Made by a program: the position numbers and the translations under genes. Positions 10,585 through 20,455 of a stretch of DNA of 64,000 nt are shown here, piece after piece (the first letter of the stretch is position 1; each line of letters opens with the position of its first letter). Origin of the DNA: a virus; IMG/VR virus record IMGVR_UViG_3300043773_000921, positions 1-64,000 of that record; one strand, 5' to 3'. The notes under the pieces are model-generated. The model was not told where the DNA came from. It did no database searches and saw only the letters and a list, made by a program, of their open reading frames with translations.

Positions 10585-10961
10585 GGTGGCGTAAATAAAT
10601 CTACATCCTTTCCTGATGTTTCGTCTTCGTAAGCACTTTTTACAGGTGGATATTTTAAAGAATCGGTTTCGACAAAGTATTTTGATGTTACTACAAGCAT
10701 CAGGTTAGAACCTTTTGGAGTTGGCCATAAGTATTCTCCTTCTTTGCAGGTAGCAAATGCATTGATATTGTAATGTCTTAGAACTTCTTTTGGTACTCCA
10801 CCGCATCCGCAGCCAACCTCTATGTCTTCGTATGAATCAAACTTAAACTGCATACCTTGGTAAATAATATACCTTTTACCATAAGGATCTACAGTCACAT
10901 AGTTTTTCTGCGCTTCAACGTACAAGTCATTGTACAGTTTGTTTTTTTGTATTCCTGGCAT
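10512..10961 (-). CDS. Hypothetical protein in structural operon (GCGCGG motif)
   Basis: 149 aa ORF coupled to its neighbours. Confidence 0.6.
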   Translation of the reverse strand: MPGIQKNKLYNDLYVEAQKNYVTVDPYGKRYIIYQGMQFKFDSYEDIEVGCGCGGVPKEVLRHYNINAFATCKEGEYLWPTPKGSNLMLVVTSKYFVETDSLKYPPVKSAYEDETSGKDVDLFTPPWKRSIPREGGLWYTDPWESQKGS

Positions 10962-11590
10962 TAGTTGTCGCTATTTGTATTGTTCATTTTATCGATTCTT
11001 CTTTGGATTAAGAATGTCGATAAATCTACTTTGATTTGTTGTTCTATTTCATCTATGTGATCGGCCGGAACAAACACATCATCTTCAGGGCAACCACATG
11101 CAAATGGATCTGCAAATATTCCTTTTACCATAAGTACCTTTGTGTCTACTGTTGGTAAATCATATACATCAGCTTTTTGTCCAGTAAGCACAAAGTATGG
11201 ATTTTTTCTATCACAACCGAACTGGGCATAGCTTACGAACTCTGTACTTGATTCATCGCGCCATTCAAAAGGATGCTTGCCATCTACGGTGCCAAGATAC
11301 TTTAATGCTCTTCTACCTAATTGAGCAAGAAGCTCTGGTATCTTTCCTCTAATGACAGTTACTGGAGCACCCGGGCATACAGGTTCACAATTTACCTCAA
11401 AGCAACACTGATTATAGTATTGACCCGCAATAGAACCAAGATTTTGACGAAGATACTTAGATAAAATATTTGCCCTTGCAACAAGCACTTTATCGCGTAC
11501 TATCTTTCTGTTTAATCTTGTATCGTCATAAACAGCTATCAAGTCATTCATCAATCTTGATGTTACTGCTTCAAGGCTTTGAAAACTCAT
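10961..11590 (-). CDS. Ring/neck structural protein
   Basis: 209 aa. KGIFADPF...FVPADHIDEI and C-terminal DKMNN resemble crAss ring proteins. Synteny supports the call. Confidence 0.6.
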   Translation of the reverse strand: MSFQSLEAVTSRLMNDLIAVYDDTRLNRKIVRDKVLVARANILSKYLRQNLGSIAGQYYNQCCFEVNCEPVCPGAPVTVIRGKIPELLAQLGRRALKYLGTVDGKHPFEWRDESSTEFVSYAQFGCDRKNPYFVLTGQKADVYDLPTVDTKVLMVKGIFADPFACGCPEDDVFVPADHIDEIEQQIKVDLSTFLIQRRIDKMNNTNSDN

Positions 11591-12006
11591 GTTCGTAGTT
11601 TATGGGTTAATACAGTTATTGCTGATGATATTGGAATGCCTAAAATCCAAATATATAATGGGTACTGGCTATATACAATCCAGTAAATCAATGTTCCATA
11701 AAAAGAAGACATACATACCATACATGTCAGCAATGGCTTGTGCCAAAGATTGCGGTAAAGATGTAATAGTTCAAGTTTTTGCAATGCCGGGTTAATCCAT
11801 TCTGAAGATTGGTATTGTCGTCTTCTTACTTCCTTGTAGCCAGATATTTCTATCTTTCTGTTGTCTAGTTTTTTAGACCTAGATATATTTTCCATCCACG
11901 CTTTAATCGGGTATAGAATGCCGCCGCTATTAGCAGCGGCACTCAAACCCTGTGTAAAAAGCGAAACTAAGACAGAAAAGAACAAGGTCTCGCTCAGTAT
12001 CATCAT
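11587..12006 (-). CDS. Membrane protein, DUF1360-like (CxxC before TM helices)
   Basis: N-terminal TM helix, KPLLTCMVCMSSFYG, then two TM helices. Confidence 0.55.
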   Translation of the reverse strand: MMILSETLFFSVLVSLFTQGLSAAANSGGILYPIKAWMENISRSKKLDNRKIEISGYKEVRRRQYQSSEWINPALQKLELLHLYRNLWHKPLLTCMVCMSSFYGTLIYWIVYSQYPLYIWILGIPISSAITVLTHKLRT

Positions 12007-13181
12007 TATTCGCCTACGTAGTTAACTGGATCTGTTACAATACTGATATTAACAGTAGAACCAAATGCTGAAATAGGAACACCTAATATCAAATCTGGAG
12101 CTACATACGACGCTGGCGTTGCAGGAGCAAATAGATTATTGATTTCAGAAACCAAAGACAATGCACTATCAGCTGTTACACTAAATGACAATGAACCAAC
12201 TGTAATGTTAATAAGTGATCCATTTATAGCATCAATATTATCAAGAATAGGTGTAATGTCAACTCCAGTTACATCACCTTGTACACCAGATTGGAAACCT
12301 GGAAGCAAATCAAGGTCACAAGGTGGAAACAAGTCATTTAGTGCTTCAATGAAATCAGCAAAACCAGGAGCAGAACTATCTACATAAAGCAACAAATCAA
12401 ACGGAGTTGCGCCGGTATGTAGGTGACCGCTATTCTGATTGTCAAAGAAACTACTGCAAGCATCAATACAACCTTTTAGTGTAATAACGCAAACAGTCTG
12501 ACACCACATCCATTGGTCGCGTGGAGCTTCTCCAAATACGTGACCGATTTCTTGTGGAAACTGCTGAAGTAGTTTTTCGCGGCTTAATACAGCTTCTACT
12601 GCTTCTTGCGTTTCAGTGAATACTGGAAGTTCTGCAGAAGCAAGATTGTTGTTTGGCAACTGATAGATACCAATTAAACTATATGCAATTAGGCCAGAGC
12701 ATGGAAACTTTAAAGTTAAAACATTAGTAGCTACACTTGCTTCAACCAAAAACTGATCGTGTTGATCGTTTTGATTTTGTAAATCTGTAATGTATAAATA
12801 GAACCATTGAGCTAATGCTGCTCCTGTTGTTGAAAGAGCATCTAATGGACCTTGATATACATACTGCTTACGCTGATTGTATTCAAAATACGTTTGATTG
12901 TCAAAATCAGGATTTCTGTTAAGCAACAGAGTAAATCCTACTGATTTGCCGCAAGCATTGCAATCACCAAAGTCAACATCTTCGAACTCAATAGTCCAGA
13001 TGTTTTCTTCACATGGCGATGCGCAAACTTTTTGACAACGTGTTACAGATGTAGATAGTATTGATATTTGGTCTACAATACGCACTTCATTTGCAAAATC
13101 AGGCCCCTGTAGTGCTTCAACATCCACTAGTGTACCTGCGTTTGGATTCGGGATCCAAAGTTTTTGAGCATTACTTTGCAT
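12006..13181 (-). CDS. Structural protein, possibly auxiliary capsid/decoration protein
   Basis: 391 aa, acidic, Cys-containing and beta-rich. Lies between ring genes in the head-tail operon. Confidence 0.5.
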   Translation of the reverse strand: MQSNAQKLWIPNPNAGTLVDVEALQGPDFANEVRIVDQISILSTSVTRCQKVCASPCEENIWTIEFEDVDFGDCNACGKSVGFTLLLNRNPDFDNQTYFEYNQRKQYVYQGPLDALSTTGAALAQWFYLYITDLQNQNDQHDQFLVEASVATNVLTLKFPCSGLIAYSLIGIYQLPNNNLASAELPVFTETQEAVEAVLSREKLLQQFPQEIGHVFGEAPRDQWMWCQTVCVITLKGCIDACSSFFDNQNSGHLHTGATPFDLLLYVDSSAPGFADFIEALNDLFPPCDLDLLPGFQSGVQGDVTGVDITPILDNIDAINGSLINITVGSLSFSVTADSALSLVSEINNLFAPATPASYVAPDLILGVPISAFGSTVNISIVTDPVNYVGE

Positions 13182-13200
13182 GTTATTAAATTATTTACCG

Positions 13201-13923
13201 CTACGTTGGTACGTTAGGCGGGGGTGTTTGTAAAAAGTTTCTTTCAGTTATTGGAAGCATTGACTGTACTCTTGGATCTTTAATGGTTTCAAGATAAGAG
13301 ATTACACAATGCTTTACAATCTCAAGCGTTTGAGGCCATGCAAACTCTGAGTTTACATTGTTTTGATTTGTTACATCAAAGTTTATGCGCTGTGGTAATC
13401 GTAAATATGCAATCTTTACATCTTGAACTATGCTATCCCCACATCTAAATGTAAGTCTGTTTCCTCTTTGATCGTAATAAAGATTTGGCCATTCAGCAGA
13501 CGGCTTCTTGTAGTAGTCATCTTCAATGGTAAATCTAAAATCATCTTTCAAGTGAGTAGCAGAAATATACCCGGACATAGTGTTATCAACTTCGCAAGGT
13601 TGGTTTTTATACTTTACCTTGACAGACACAGCCAGTAAGTGAAGATAGTTGGCAGGAAGTTGTACGTATTCCTGGCCGGCAACAGCAGGACCAAGGTTTA
13701 CCAATGGCGCAGGAAATCCTGCAATGCCATCCGTTACAACTTTTATGACAGACAGGTCGTCTATCTGTTTTTGATGCTGTTCGTGGGCCCAATACCTATT
13801 CTTGACATACTCGAGCGTAGCTATCCAAATGTGATAGTTAAACTCATCAGGTGTCATGCTAGTGGTATTGTAATGCTTTAGTTCAGCAAGTACCGCCTTA
13901 TATACTTCAACTACTGGGACCAT
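13201..13923 (-). CDS. Ring protein (head-tail connector, crAss gene-74-like)
   Basis: YKAVLAELKH..TPDEFNYHI..IDDL..LPANYLHLL..YLRLP pattern, plus synteny. Confidence 0.7.
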   Translation of the reverse strand: MVPVVEVYKAVLAELKHYNTTSMTPDEFNYHIWIATLEYVKNRYWAHEQHQKQIDDLSVIKVVTDGIAGFPAPLVNLGPAVAGQEYVQLPANYLHLLAVSVKVKYKNQPCEVDNTMSGYISATHLKDDFRFTIEDDYYKKPSAEWPNLYYDQRGNRLTFRCGDSIVQDVKIAYLRLPQRINFDVTNQNNVNSEFAWPQTLEIVKHCVISYLETIKDPRVQSMLPITERNFLQTPPPNVPT

Positions 13924-15122
13924 TATTGATTATCAATATAGTTAGTCAGATATTCCTTTGCTTCCTTAAGGTTTGAGTTTTCTGTGAAATCATGAACAAT
14001 ATTTTCATTATCCATGTAATCAATCAACTGCTTTACATTCATAAACTTTAAGTTTGCCGGAACTTGCTTTTTTGCTACAACTGCAACATTAGGCTGTTCT
14101 CCTTTTTCGTAAAGTCCATGTTTGGAAAGAAACGATACAGATGCTGCGTCACGAATGAATCTTTCTTTTTCGATTCTATTCTCGCCAACAACAATACCTT
14201 CAAGTTCTCTATAAGCTTTCATCAAGTCAAAATGCGTATCTATTTTAACCATCAGTTCGCTTAAGCTATCAGCAAGATGTGTTTTCTGCCCATAAACCGT
14301 TGGGTTTTTAAAATACGGACCATCAATACTATTTGCTTCAATGTGACCTGAATGTATCAATGCTTTAGCACAAATATAGTTTTCTTTCTTTTCAGTATCA
14401 TAAGCACGTAACACTTCGTAAGGCATAGAGAATGCAACCTCATCAAAGATTTCCTCAGCAATGTCCTCATTTATATAAGGATCGGCAGGATAGTCGCCAT
14501 CAAGAATAAGTATTCTTACACAGTCACGTTTCTGTTTTTTGCTAAGTTTGTCAATGAGTGCAGCAGCACCTTTTCTCTTTTTGATTTCTTTCTCTTTCTC
14601 CTGCTTCTCTTCTTCTTTAGAAAAGAAATAAAAGAATGCCCCGTGGTCCATAGCTTCTTGCTTATCTTTGCCAATTGTAGATACAACCTCAAAAAGAACA
14701 CGCACATAAGCTACATCGCGCGGATTAGAAAGGTTAAAAAGTTGCCCTTCGTTTAACGAAAGAACTGTGTCAGGGTGGTACGGCTTTCCTGTTAGTGGAT
14801 TGTTTGGTTCATTCAAATAAAAGAATGGAACACCACACTCCTCGTTGATGATTCTCTTTTCTTCCGATGTAAGACCATTTGCCCAATAGCCAGCAATCAA
14901 ACCAGAACTGTCAAAAACTGGTGATGTATTGCCTGTTGCTATGTCATCTATTTCAGGTCTTTTTTCTTCACGAAAAGTAATACCATCTTCGCTAACATTT
15001 AGCATTTTATACTTTTGTACCGCTCTAACTTCAAGATAGCCAGTTCCAAGAAGTCCTGCCTTTCTCAAAAGTTCTTCGTGTTGCTTTGGATAAAAAATTG
15101 TATTGTTCATAATCTGTTTCAC
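13923..15122 (-). CDS. Conserved structural protein downstream of MCP (crAss gene-75-like)
   Basis: 399 aa. FNLSNPRD motif and charged EEEKQEKEK linker. Immediately after MCP. Confidence 0.6.
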   Translation of the reverse strand: MKQIMNNTIFYPKQHEELLRKAGLLGTGYLEVRAVQKYKMLNVSEDGITFREEKRPEIDDIATGNTSPVFDSSGLIAGYWANGLTSEEKRIINEECGVPFFYLNEPNNPLTGKPYHPDTVLSLNEGQLFNLSNPRDVAYVRVLFEVVSTIGKDKQEAMDHGAFFYFFSKEEEKQEKEKEIKKRKGAAALIDKLSKKQKRDCVRILILDGDYPADPYINEDIAEEIFDEVAFSMPYEVLRAYDTEKKENYICAKALIHSGHIEANSIDGPYFKNPTVYGQKTHLADSLSELMVKIDTHFDLMKAYRELEGIVVGENRIEKERFIRDAASVSFLSKHGLYEKGEQPNVAVVAKKQVPANLKFMNVKQLIDYMDNENIVHDFTENSNLKEAKEYLTNYIDNQ

Positions 15123-15139
15123 TTTTAAGTTAATAAATA

Positions 15140-16702
15140 CTATCGACGACCGCGAGCAAGTTTAAGCTCTGCCATACAGTTAGGGTTGTGCAAAGCAATA
15201 CCCTGCATTGTAAGCATGTGCTCACCTTGTACGTCAGCTGTAGTTGTTAATGCACCACCGGGGCCAGGATCTGACATACCGTGTACTTTACCTACTACGT
15301 TTTGACGGCCTTGTAGAGTAACCATAGTCATTGCATCTTGACCACCACGCATTTTAGCAAGGTTAATCAAAATACCACGATGAGATTGCTCACGATTACC
15401 TTCGCTTGTACGAGTACTTGGCATACCTTTGCGGTCAAAATATGGACAGTCTGATACGATGATTTTTCCTGCAGGAGTTTCGTAGTAACGGAAGTTAGAA
15501 CGAATACCCATAGTATCATTACCAGTACCACCAGCTTGGTAGTTACCTTTGCCATCAAAATAAAGAACCTCAGGAGAACCTTTAAACTCATTACGAATCA
15601 AACGGTCAATGTCAGTTCTTAATTCAAGACCAGCACAAAGGAAAATCTCAGGCTTAACACCAGTTTCGATTGAATCATTGTACATGCCTTTGATAAGGTC
15701 ATCAAGGATAGAGAAGTCATTCATCTTGACATACTCACGCTTTAAGCGGCGATTTGCCTGATGATAGATACCCATACCAGAGTAGTAGCGGTAGCCACGC
15801 TCATCTTTTTGGAAGCGACCTTCGTTGTCGGTGTATGACATACCCCAGAACAACTGATTGTCCATATGCTCGTAAGCATTCTTCCACATTTGGTATCTCC
15901 AGGTTTCTGTCCAGTAGTTTTCGATTTCTCCTTTGTCGTTTGTGTAAACGATACCCATTGGAGATTTGTCGGTTTTAACGTGAGCGGCATGACCTGTGAT
16001 GTTCCATTCCCAACGCATAGTTGTCATCCAACCACGATGCCATTCGCCAAAAGATACACGGCTTTTGCTACCATGCTCAGATGCTTCAGGCTTCATGTTG
16101 TACAATGGAGGAGAAACCTCTTGACCTACTTCAAGTAAGTATGCAGGAATAGCTTGACCCCATTCTCCTTCTTTAGTAAGAAGTCTTGCGCGAATGCGAA
16201 GTGTTCCGTCAGCTTGTGCCTCTGGTTGTTTGGTAATGATGATTTGTGTAGTACCATCGGCAAGCAATAATACATCATCTTTGTCACCAAGTTGTTTGTT
16301 TACATTGAAGTAAAACTCACGATGAAAACGACCAACAAAACCATTGTCAAACTCAGGAGCAGTAGTAATACGATACACCCATCCTGAAGGAGCAGGAGAA
16401 CACCAAGCGTATTCAAGATTGTTAAGCATCTTGAAGTTCTTTGCCCAAGCTGATTTTTGCTGACCAAAGTTCTGTTGCTTGAATCTTTCTACAGTTGGAT
16501 CGTAGTTACTCTTCATGTAATAAAGAAGCTCGGTAATCATACCTGTTCTTTCAGAAAAATGCTTGAATAGTCCCTGAATAACGTCAGGGCGAACTGCTGC
16601 GATATTGCGGAGGTTATTGTAGTCCGTCATTTTGAAGTTAGTCAAATCACGTGGATTACCTACAACAACTCGTCCGGCTACGCCAAACTTTTCGAGTCCC
16701 AT
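15140..16702 (-). CDS. Major capsid protein (HK97 fold, crAss type)
   Basis: 520 aa with biased, highly expressed codon usage. TMRWEWNITG, LFWG, YSGMGIYHQ and QGIALHNP..MAEL match crAss MCP motifs. Third gene after TerL. Confidence 0.88.
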   Translation of the reverse strand: MGLEKFGVAGRVVVGNPRDLTNFKMTDYNNLRNIAAVRPDVIQGLFKHFSERTGMITELLYYMKSNYDPTVERFKQQNFGQQKSAWAKNFKMLNNLEYAWCSPAPSGWVYRITTAPEFDNGFVGRFHREFYFNVNKQLGDKDDVLLLADGTTQIIITKQPEAQADGTLRIRARLLTKEGEWGQAIPAYLLEVGQEVSPPLYNMKPEASEHGSKSRVSFGEWHRGWMTTMRWEWNITGHAAHVKTDKSPMGIVYTNDKGEIENYWTETWRYQMWKNAYEHMDNQLFWGMSYTDNEGRFQKDERGYRYYSGMGIYHQANRRLKREYVKMNDFSILDDLIKGMYNDSIETGVKPEIFLCAGLELRTDIDRLIRNEFKGSPEVLYFDGKGNYQAGGTGNDTMGIRSNFRYYETPAGKIIVSDCPYFDRKGMPSTRTSEGNREQSHRGILINLAKMRGGQDAMTMVTLQGRQNVVGKVHGMSDPGPGGALTTTADVQGEHMLTMQGIALHNPNCMAELKLARGRR

Positions 16703-16707
16703 TTTTT

Positions 16708-17832
16708 TTAGCGTTTAAACTTTTTAAGATAATTCGGGTCGGATGTATCTACATACTTTCCAGGTCCGCCCGTTGATTGTTGTTTAGAGTTTTTGCTCAA
16801 TACTGGTGTTACACTTAACTTTTTGAATGCAGCGTTGCGCTCCATATTTTTTAAGTCCGTGAAATAACCTTTATCGTGCATGTGCAACAACCTCATAGTA
16901 GTGGCCAAATATTCAGCGTCGTTTTGCAATCGGTGTAACAGGGGCACCACCTGCTGACCTTGATAATTGTGTATTTCAAGATTCTGTTTCATATAATTGA
17001 TAAAATCATCTTTCTCGGACTGGCCTGAGAAGTCAATGACAAGATTATCACTTTTTGAAAGCCTATCTTTAAATAAACTCGTAAGCTCTTCGACTTCGGT
17101 GTTATACCTCTGAAGTTCGGATGTATATTTCTGTTGTTGTTGCTGAATTAAGTTATCAGGAAGTCTATTTATTTCCTGCATGTAAGACTGTTGAATCTGC
17201 TGTCCTCTTTGCTTGATAGCATCGGGATTCATACCTTGTATTCTACGTTCTACTTCATTTACAAGATATTTCATACTTGCATCATCAGGATTACCATATT
17301 GGTCTACATTTATATAACCTAGTTGTGATTCTGATTTAAGCAAATGATCATACATTGATGCTTTATACAACTGTACTGGATCTTGATTGGCAATACCTTG
17401 CAAATAGTTTTTATGTTGCATGTACTCGTCAAGACTTATACCTTGCTCTGATAGTTCTGCTATGCGCGGGTCTACGCCACCAAGTTTCTTTTGGATATAG
17501 TATTCACCTACTAATTTATCCATTTCTTCGGCATCAAAGCTATCTACATCAATGCCTTGATTTCTTACATCAATGTTTCTTTCTACGGCCCATTGTAAAT
17601 AAGAATCTAATACCGGGTTTCCAGTAGTGTCGTTTGAGTCGTTGTCGTTGTTTTGATAATCATCTTCATTATCTATTGGATTATCAAACTCATCAAAGTT
17701 TTCTTGAACATCATCTTGTTCTTGTAATCCTTCGTCACCAAAGAAGTCATCCTGAAAATCCATATCAGGTGCTTTAAACTGAGTGGCAAAATCTGCACTT
17801 GATGTGTCTACAAAGTTGTTTTCGTTTTCCAT
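16708..17832 (-). CDS. Acidic scaffold-like protein (crAss gene-77-like)
   Basis: 374 aa with a D/E/N-rich N-terminus and helical Q-rich body. Lies between portal and MCP. Confidence 0.65.
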   Translation of the reverse strand: MENENNFVDTSSADFATQFKAPDMDFQDDFFGDEGLQEQDDVQENFDEFDNPIDNEDDYQNNDNDSNDTTGNPVLDSYLQWAVERNIDVRNQGIDVDSFDAEEMDKLVGEYYIQKKLGGVDPRIAELSEQGISLDEYMQHKNYLQGIANQDPVQLYKASMYDHLLKSESQLGYINVDQYGNPDDASMKYLVNEVERRIQGMNPDAIKQRGQQIQQSYMQEINRLPDNLIQQQQQKYTSELQRYNTEVEELTSLFKDRLSKSDNLVIDFSGQSEKDDFINYMKQNLEIHNYQGQQVVPLLHRLQNDAEYLATTMRLLHMHDKGYFTDLKNMERNAAFKKLSVTPVLSKNSKQQSTGGPGKYVDTSDPNYLKKFKR

Positions 17833-17836
17833 GTTC

Positions 17837-20455
17837 TTAGTCTTTTACACGTTCTTTTTTAGCGGACGATTTCATTTCCATTGCTGTTTTCGCTCTATTT
17901 ATCAGCATCTGTGCTCGTTGGTTCGTCGCATTAACCTCGAGTTCTGTATATGCAAAGTTAAGATAAGCTAACTCAACTTGTTTCTCGTTTTCTACTTTTT
18001 CTTGTTCTATTTCTAATTTTTGTTGTTCTGCTTGTTGTTGTACTTGCATTTGAGTCTGTGCGTTTTGTATTTTCATTTGCTCTTTTTGCAAGTCTATTTG
18101 TCCTTTAAGTTGTAGTAGTTGTCCTTCAACTTGACTAGACATTTGTGCTATTTGCTGTTGCATCTGCATTTTCATTTGTTCAACTTCCATCTGTGCTTGT
18201 TTCTGTTGTTCTGCAGAATCGCTTTGCATTTTTTGACTAGTTTCTAATACGCGCTGCTCGGCATCTTTTAATAGCTTACGCATTTCAAACATAGTATCAG
18301 TATCTAGCAAATCAAGAAAATCAGAAGCACCTATCTGTCCTTGTTGAAACTTCATTTGTGCCATCTGTTTTGCTGTACGCATTATCTCTCGTTCTTTGCT
18401 ACCAGAGTTTACTATAGATCTAAACTCTCCTTTTAACTGGTCTTTTTGTATGTTCAGTATCTCCTGTCTTTCTTTGCCTACTACGTACATACCACGCTTA
18501 CCTTCCGCGTATGCGTATGGAAAGATATTGCAAAGCCTAGTAAACAAAAGTTCGTTAAGTTCATCGGTTTTCATAAAGTAATACTCGGTAACAACATTAG
18601 ATTGCGCTAATGCCATTTGCGATGTACCTACTTGATCCGATGCAAGTACCTGTCCTGTCTTTTGTCTTGTTACTCCAGTAATCTCACCAGCTAATGTATT
18701 AAGGGATTCCTTAATAATCATTATTGACTGTATTGCCGGAGATACAGTCATGTCGTATGTAGCAAACTGATTGAAAGAAGTACGTACTGCTTTACCATTA
18801 GGCTTAACAGTTTCAATCAAACCAAGACCTTGCTTCATGTAGTACATTACCTCTTGTGGTGTCATACCGCTTGGCATTTGCGATAGGTCATAGATAATAC
18901 CTTTTACACCAGATAATGCAATCAAGAGTTCTTCTTGGTAATGCAGTATGTTGTACAGTTCCTGAATGTCTTTAGTTTCCCATAGCGGAGAATATGCTTT
19001 ATAGAATCTGTTGTTAGCAAATCCTATGTATGGCAGCGCAATGTCTGAAAGCCTGTCATGAGTGCGATATTGAAAATCATGTTTTTTTATTTTAATGTAA
19101 GTCATTGTTCCTATTCGCACACCCGACCATCTATCGACACGATATGCTTTAAGAATTTTTTGTCCTTTCTTTTCAAGACGTTTTCTTTTTGATTCTGTGG
19201 AAGTAAGATCTTTATACTCTTCCGGCGTGAGGAATTTAACGAAAGGCGGCTTCTCCGAGAAGTAGGGAGTGTTGTTTTTATTTTCTGAATACAATGCATA
19301 AACTTCAACTTGTTCTTTCCAATTTACTTTATAAGTGTCTACTTGGTGTGAGTACAAATAATCATTACCGCTATACCAACCAGATGGACTGCCGTCTGGA
19401 AAGTTTGTGAGATTTGTTCTGTACCACGCATCTTGTGAAAACATTGGAAACTCGCTTCTTAATGTTTCTAAGTTTTCTTCTGTTATGTCTGCTCCGTAAT
19501 ATTGAATAACTTGTCCTATTGACATTGGACTATATTCTACTATCCAGTCTAGTTCGTGTAAATACTTTGCTGCTTCGTTTGCTTGATACCATAGATATTC
19601 AGGTCTTATCAGTCTAACTTCGGGCTCAGATAATCCAGGTTCCCAGTCGCAATACCAAATAGGTTCACCAGTAATCATCATTTCTTCAAAGAAGTTATTC
19701 ATTAAGTGTCGTAACCTTTTGCTGTCTACAAACTCTTCTAATGCTTGCGAACAAAGTTTTTCTTCAAACTCTTTATGTGAATACTGATAATATTCTCTGA
19801 TTCTTCTTACTTCTTCACCTGTTATTACAATGTCATTTTGTAGTAAGTTTTGTAAATGCTCTAACTCAACTTGCATCTGAATAATCATCTGTTGCGCCTG
19901 AGGATCCTGCGCTAACTGCTGCATCATTTGCTGTTGCATCTGAAGCAAAGCTTGATTGGTAGCATTTATAAGTTGATTCTGCTTTATCTTTTGTAGTTGC
20001 TTATCTAAGATGTCATTCTTAATGTTTTCTAGTTTCTTACCAACTATTTCATCCGTCATTCCAATTACTTTGGTAACAACAGGTCTTGACATTTCCTCAG
20101 ATATAAGTGCTTGAAGCTTTGGCCTTACTATTGGAATATTACGTACCCGGGCGGGCATCTCAAGAGTAATAATATCATCTATTCCAGATTGACTATCATG
20201 CACTTGCTTGTCTATCTTATTGTATAGATAACCAAACCTTGCATCATCAAGTTCGTTATTCCAAAGAGCGCGGCAATAGGTTATTTTATCCATGCGAGAA
20301 CGAACAGAAGTGCTTTCAAGTGGAACATTCATTTGAAGCCCACCATCCCTGTGATTCTGTTCTATATAGCTATCCATTAAAGACTTAGCATATTTTTCTT
20401 GCTCGTCTTTTGGTAAGCTTTCTAATGGCACTGGATAAAACTCTCCGTATATCAT
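17837..20455 (-). CDS. Portal protein
   Basis: 872 aa. PARVRNIPIVRPKLQALISEE..RP, EITGVTRQKTGQ and a long Q-rich coiled-coil C-terminus. Follows TerL with a 4-nt overlap. Confidence 0.88.
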   Translation of the reverse strand: MIYGEFYPVPLESLPKDEQEKYAKSLMDSYIEQNHRDGGLQMNVPLESTSVRSRMDKITYCRALWNNELDDARFGYLYNKIDKQVHDSQSGIDDIITLEMPARVRNIPIVRPKLQALISEEMSRPVVTKVIGMTDEIVGKKLENIKNDILDKQLQKIKQNQLINATNQALLQMQQQMMQQLAQDPQAQQMIIQMQVELEHLQNLLQNDIVITGEEVRRIREYYQYSHKEFEEKLCSQALEEFVDSKRLRHLMNNFFEEMMITGEPIWYCDWEPGLSEPEVRLIRPEYLWYQANEAAKYLHELDWIVEYSPMSIGQVIQYYGADITEENLETLRSEFPMFSQDAWYRTNLTNFPDGSPSGWYSGNDYLYSHQVDTYKVNWKEQVEVYALYSENKNNTPYFSEKPPFVKFLTPEEYKDLTSTESKRKRLEKKGQKILKAYRVDRWSGVRIGTMTYIKIKKHDFQYRTHDRLSDIALPYIGFANNRFYKAYSPLWETKDIQELYNILHYQEELLIALSGVKGIIYDLSQMPSGMTPQEVMYYMKQGLGLIETVKPNGKAVRTSFNQFATYDMTVSPAIQSIMIIKESLNTLAGEITGVTRQKTGQVLASDQVGTSQMALAQSNVVTEYYFMKTDELNELLFTRLCNIFPYAYAEGKRGMYVVGKERQEILNIQKDQLKGEFRSIVNSGSKEREIMRTAKQMAQMKFQQGQIGASDFLDLLDTDTMFEMRKLLKDAEQRVLETSQKMQSDSAEQQKQAQMEVEQMKMQMQQQIAQMSSQVEGQLLQLKGQIDLQKEQMKIQNAQTQMQVQQQAEQQKLEIEQEKVENEKQVELAYLNFAYTELEVNATNQRAQMLINRAKTAMEMKSSAKKERVKD

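Noticed and set aside
16645-16657. Second parS-like site (AATCACGTGGATT)
   Set aside because: Only the CACGTG core matches, the flanks lack TGTT/AACA, and it lies inside the MCP gene.
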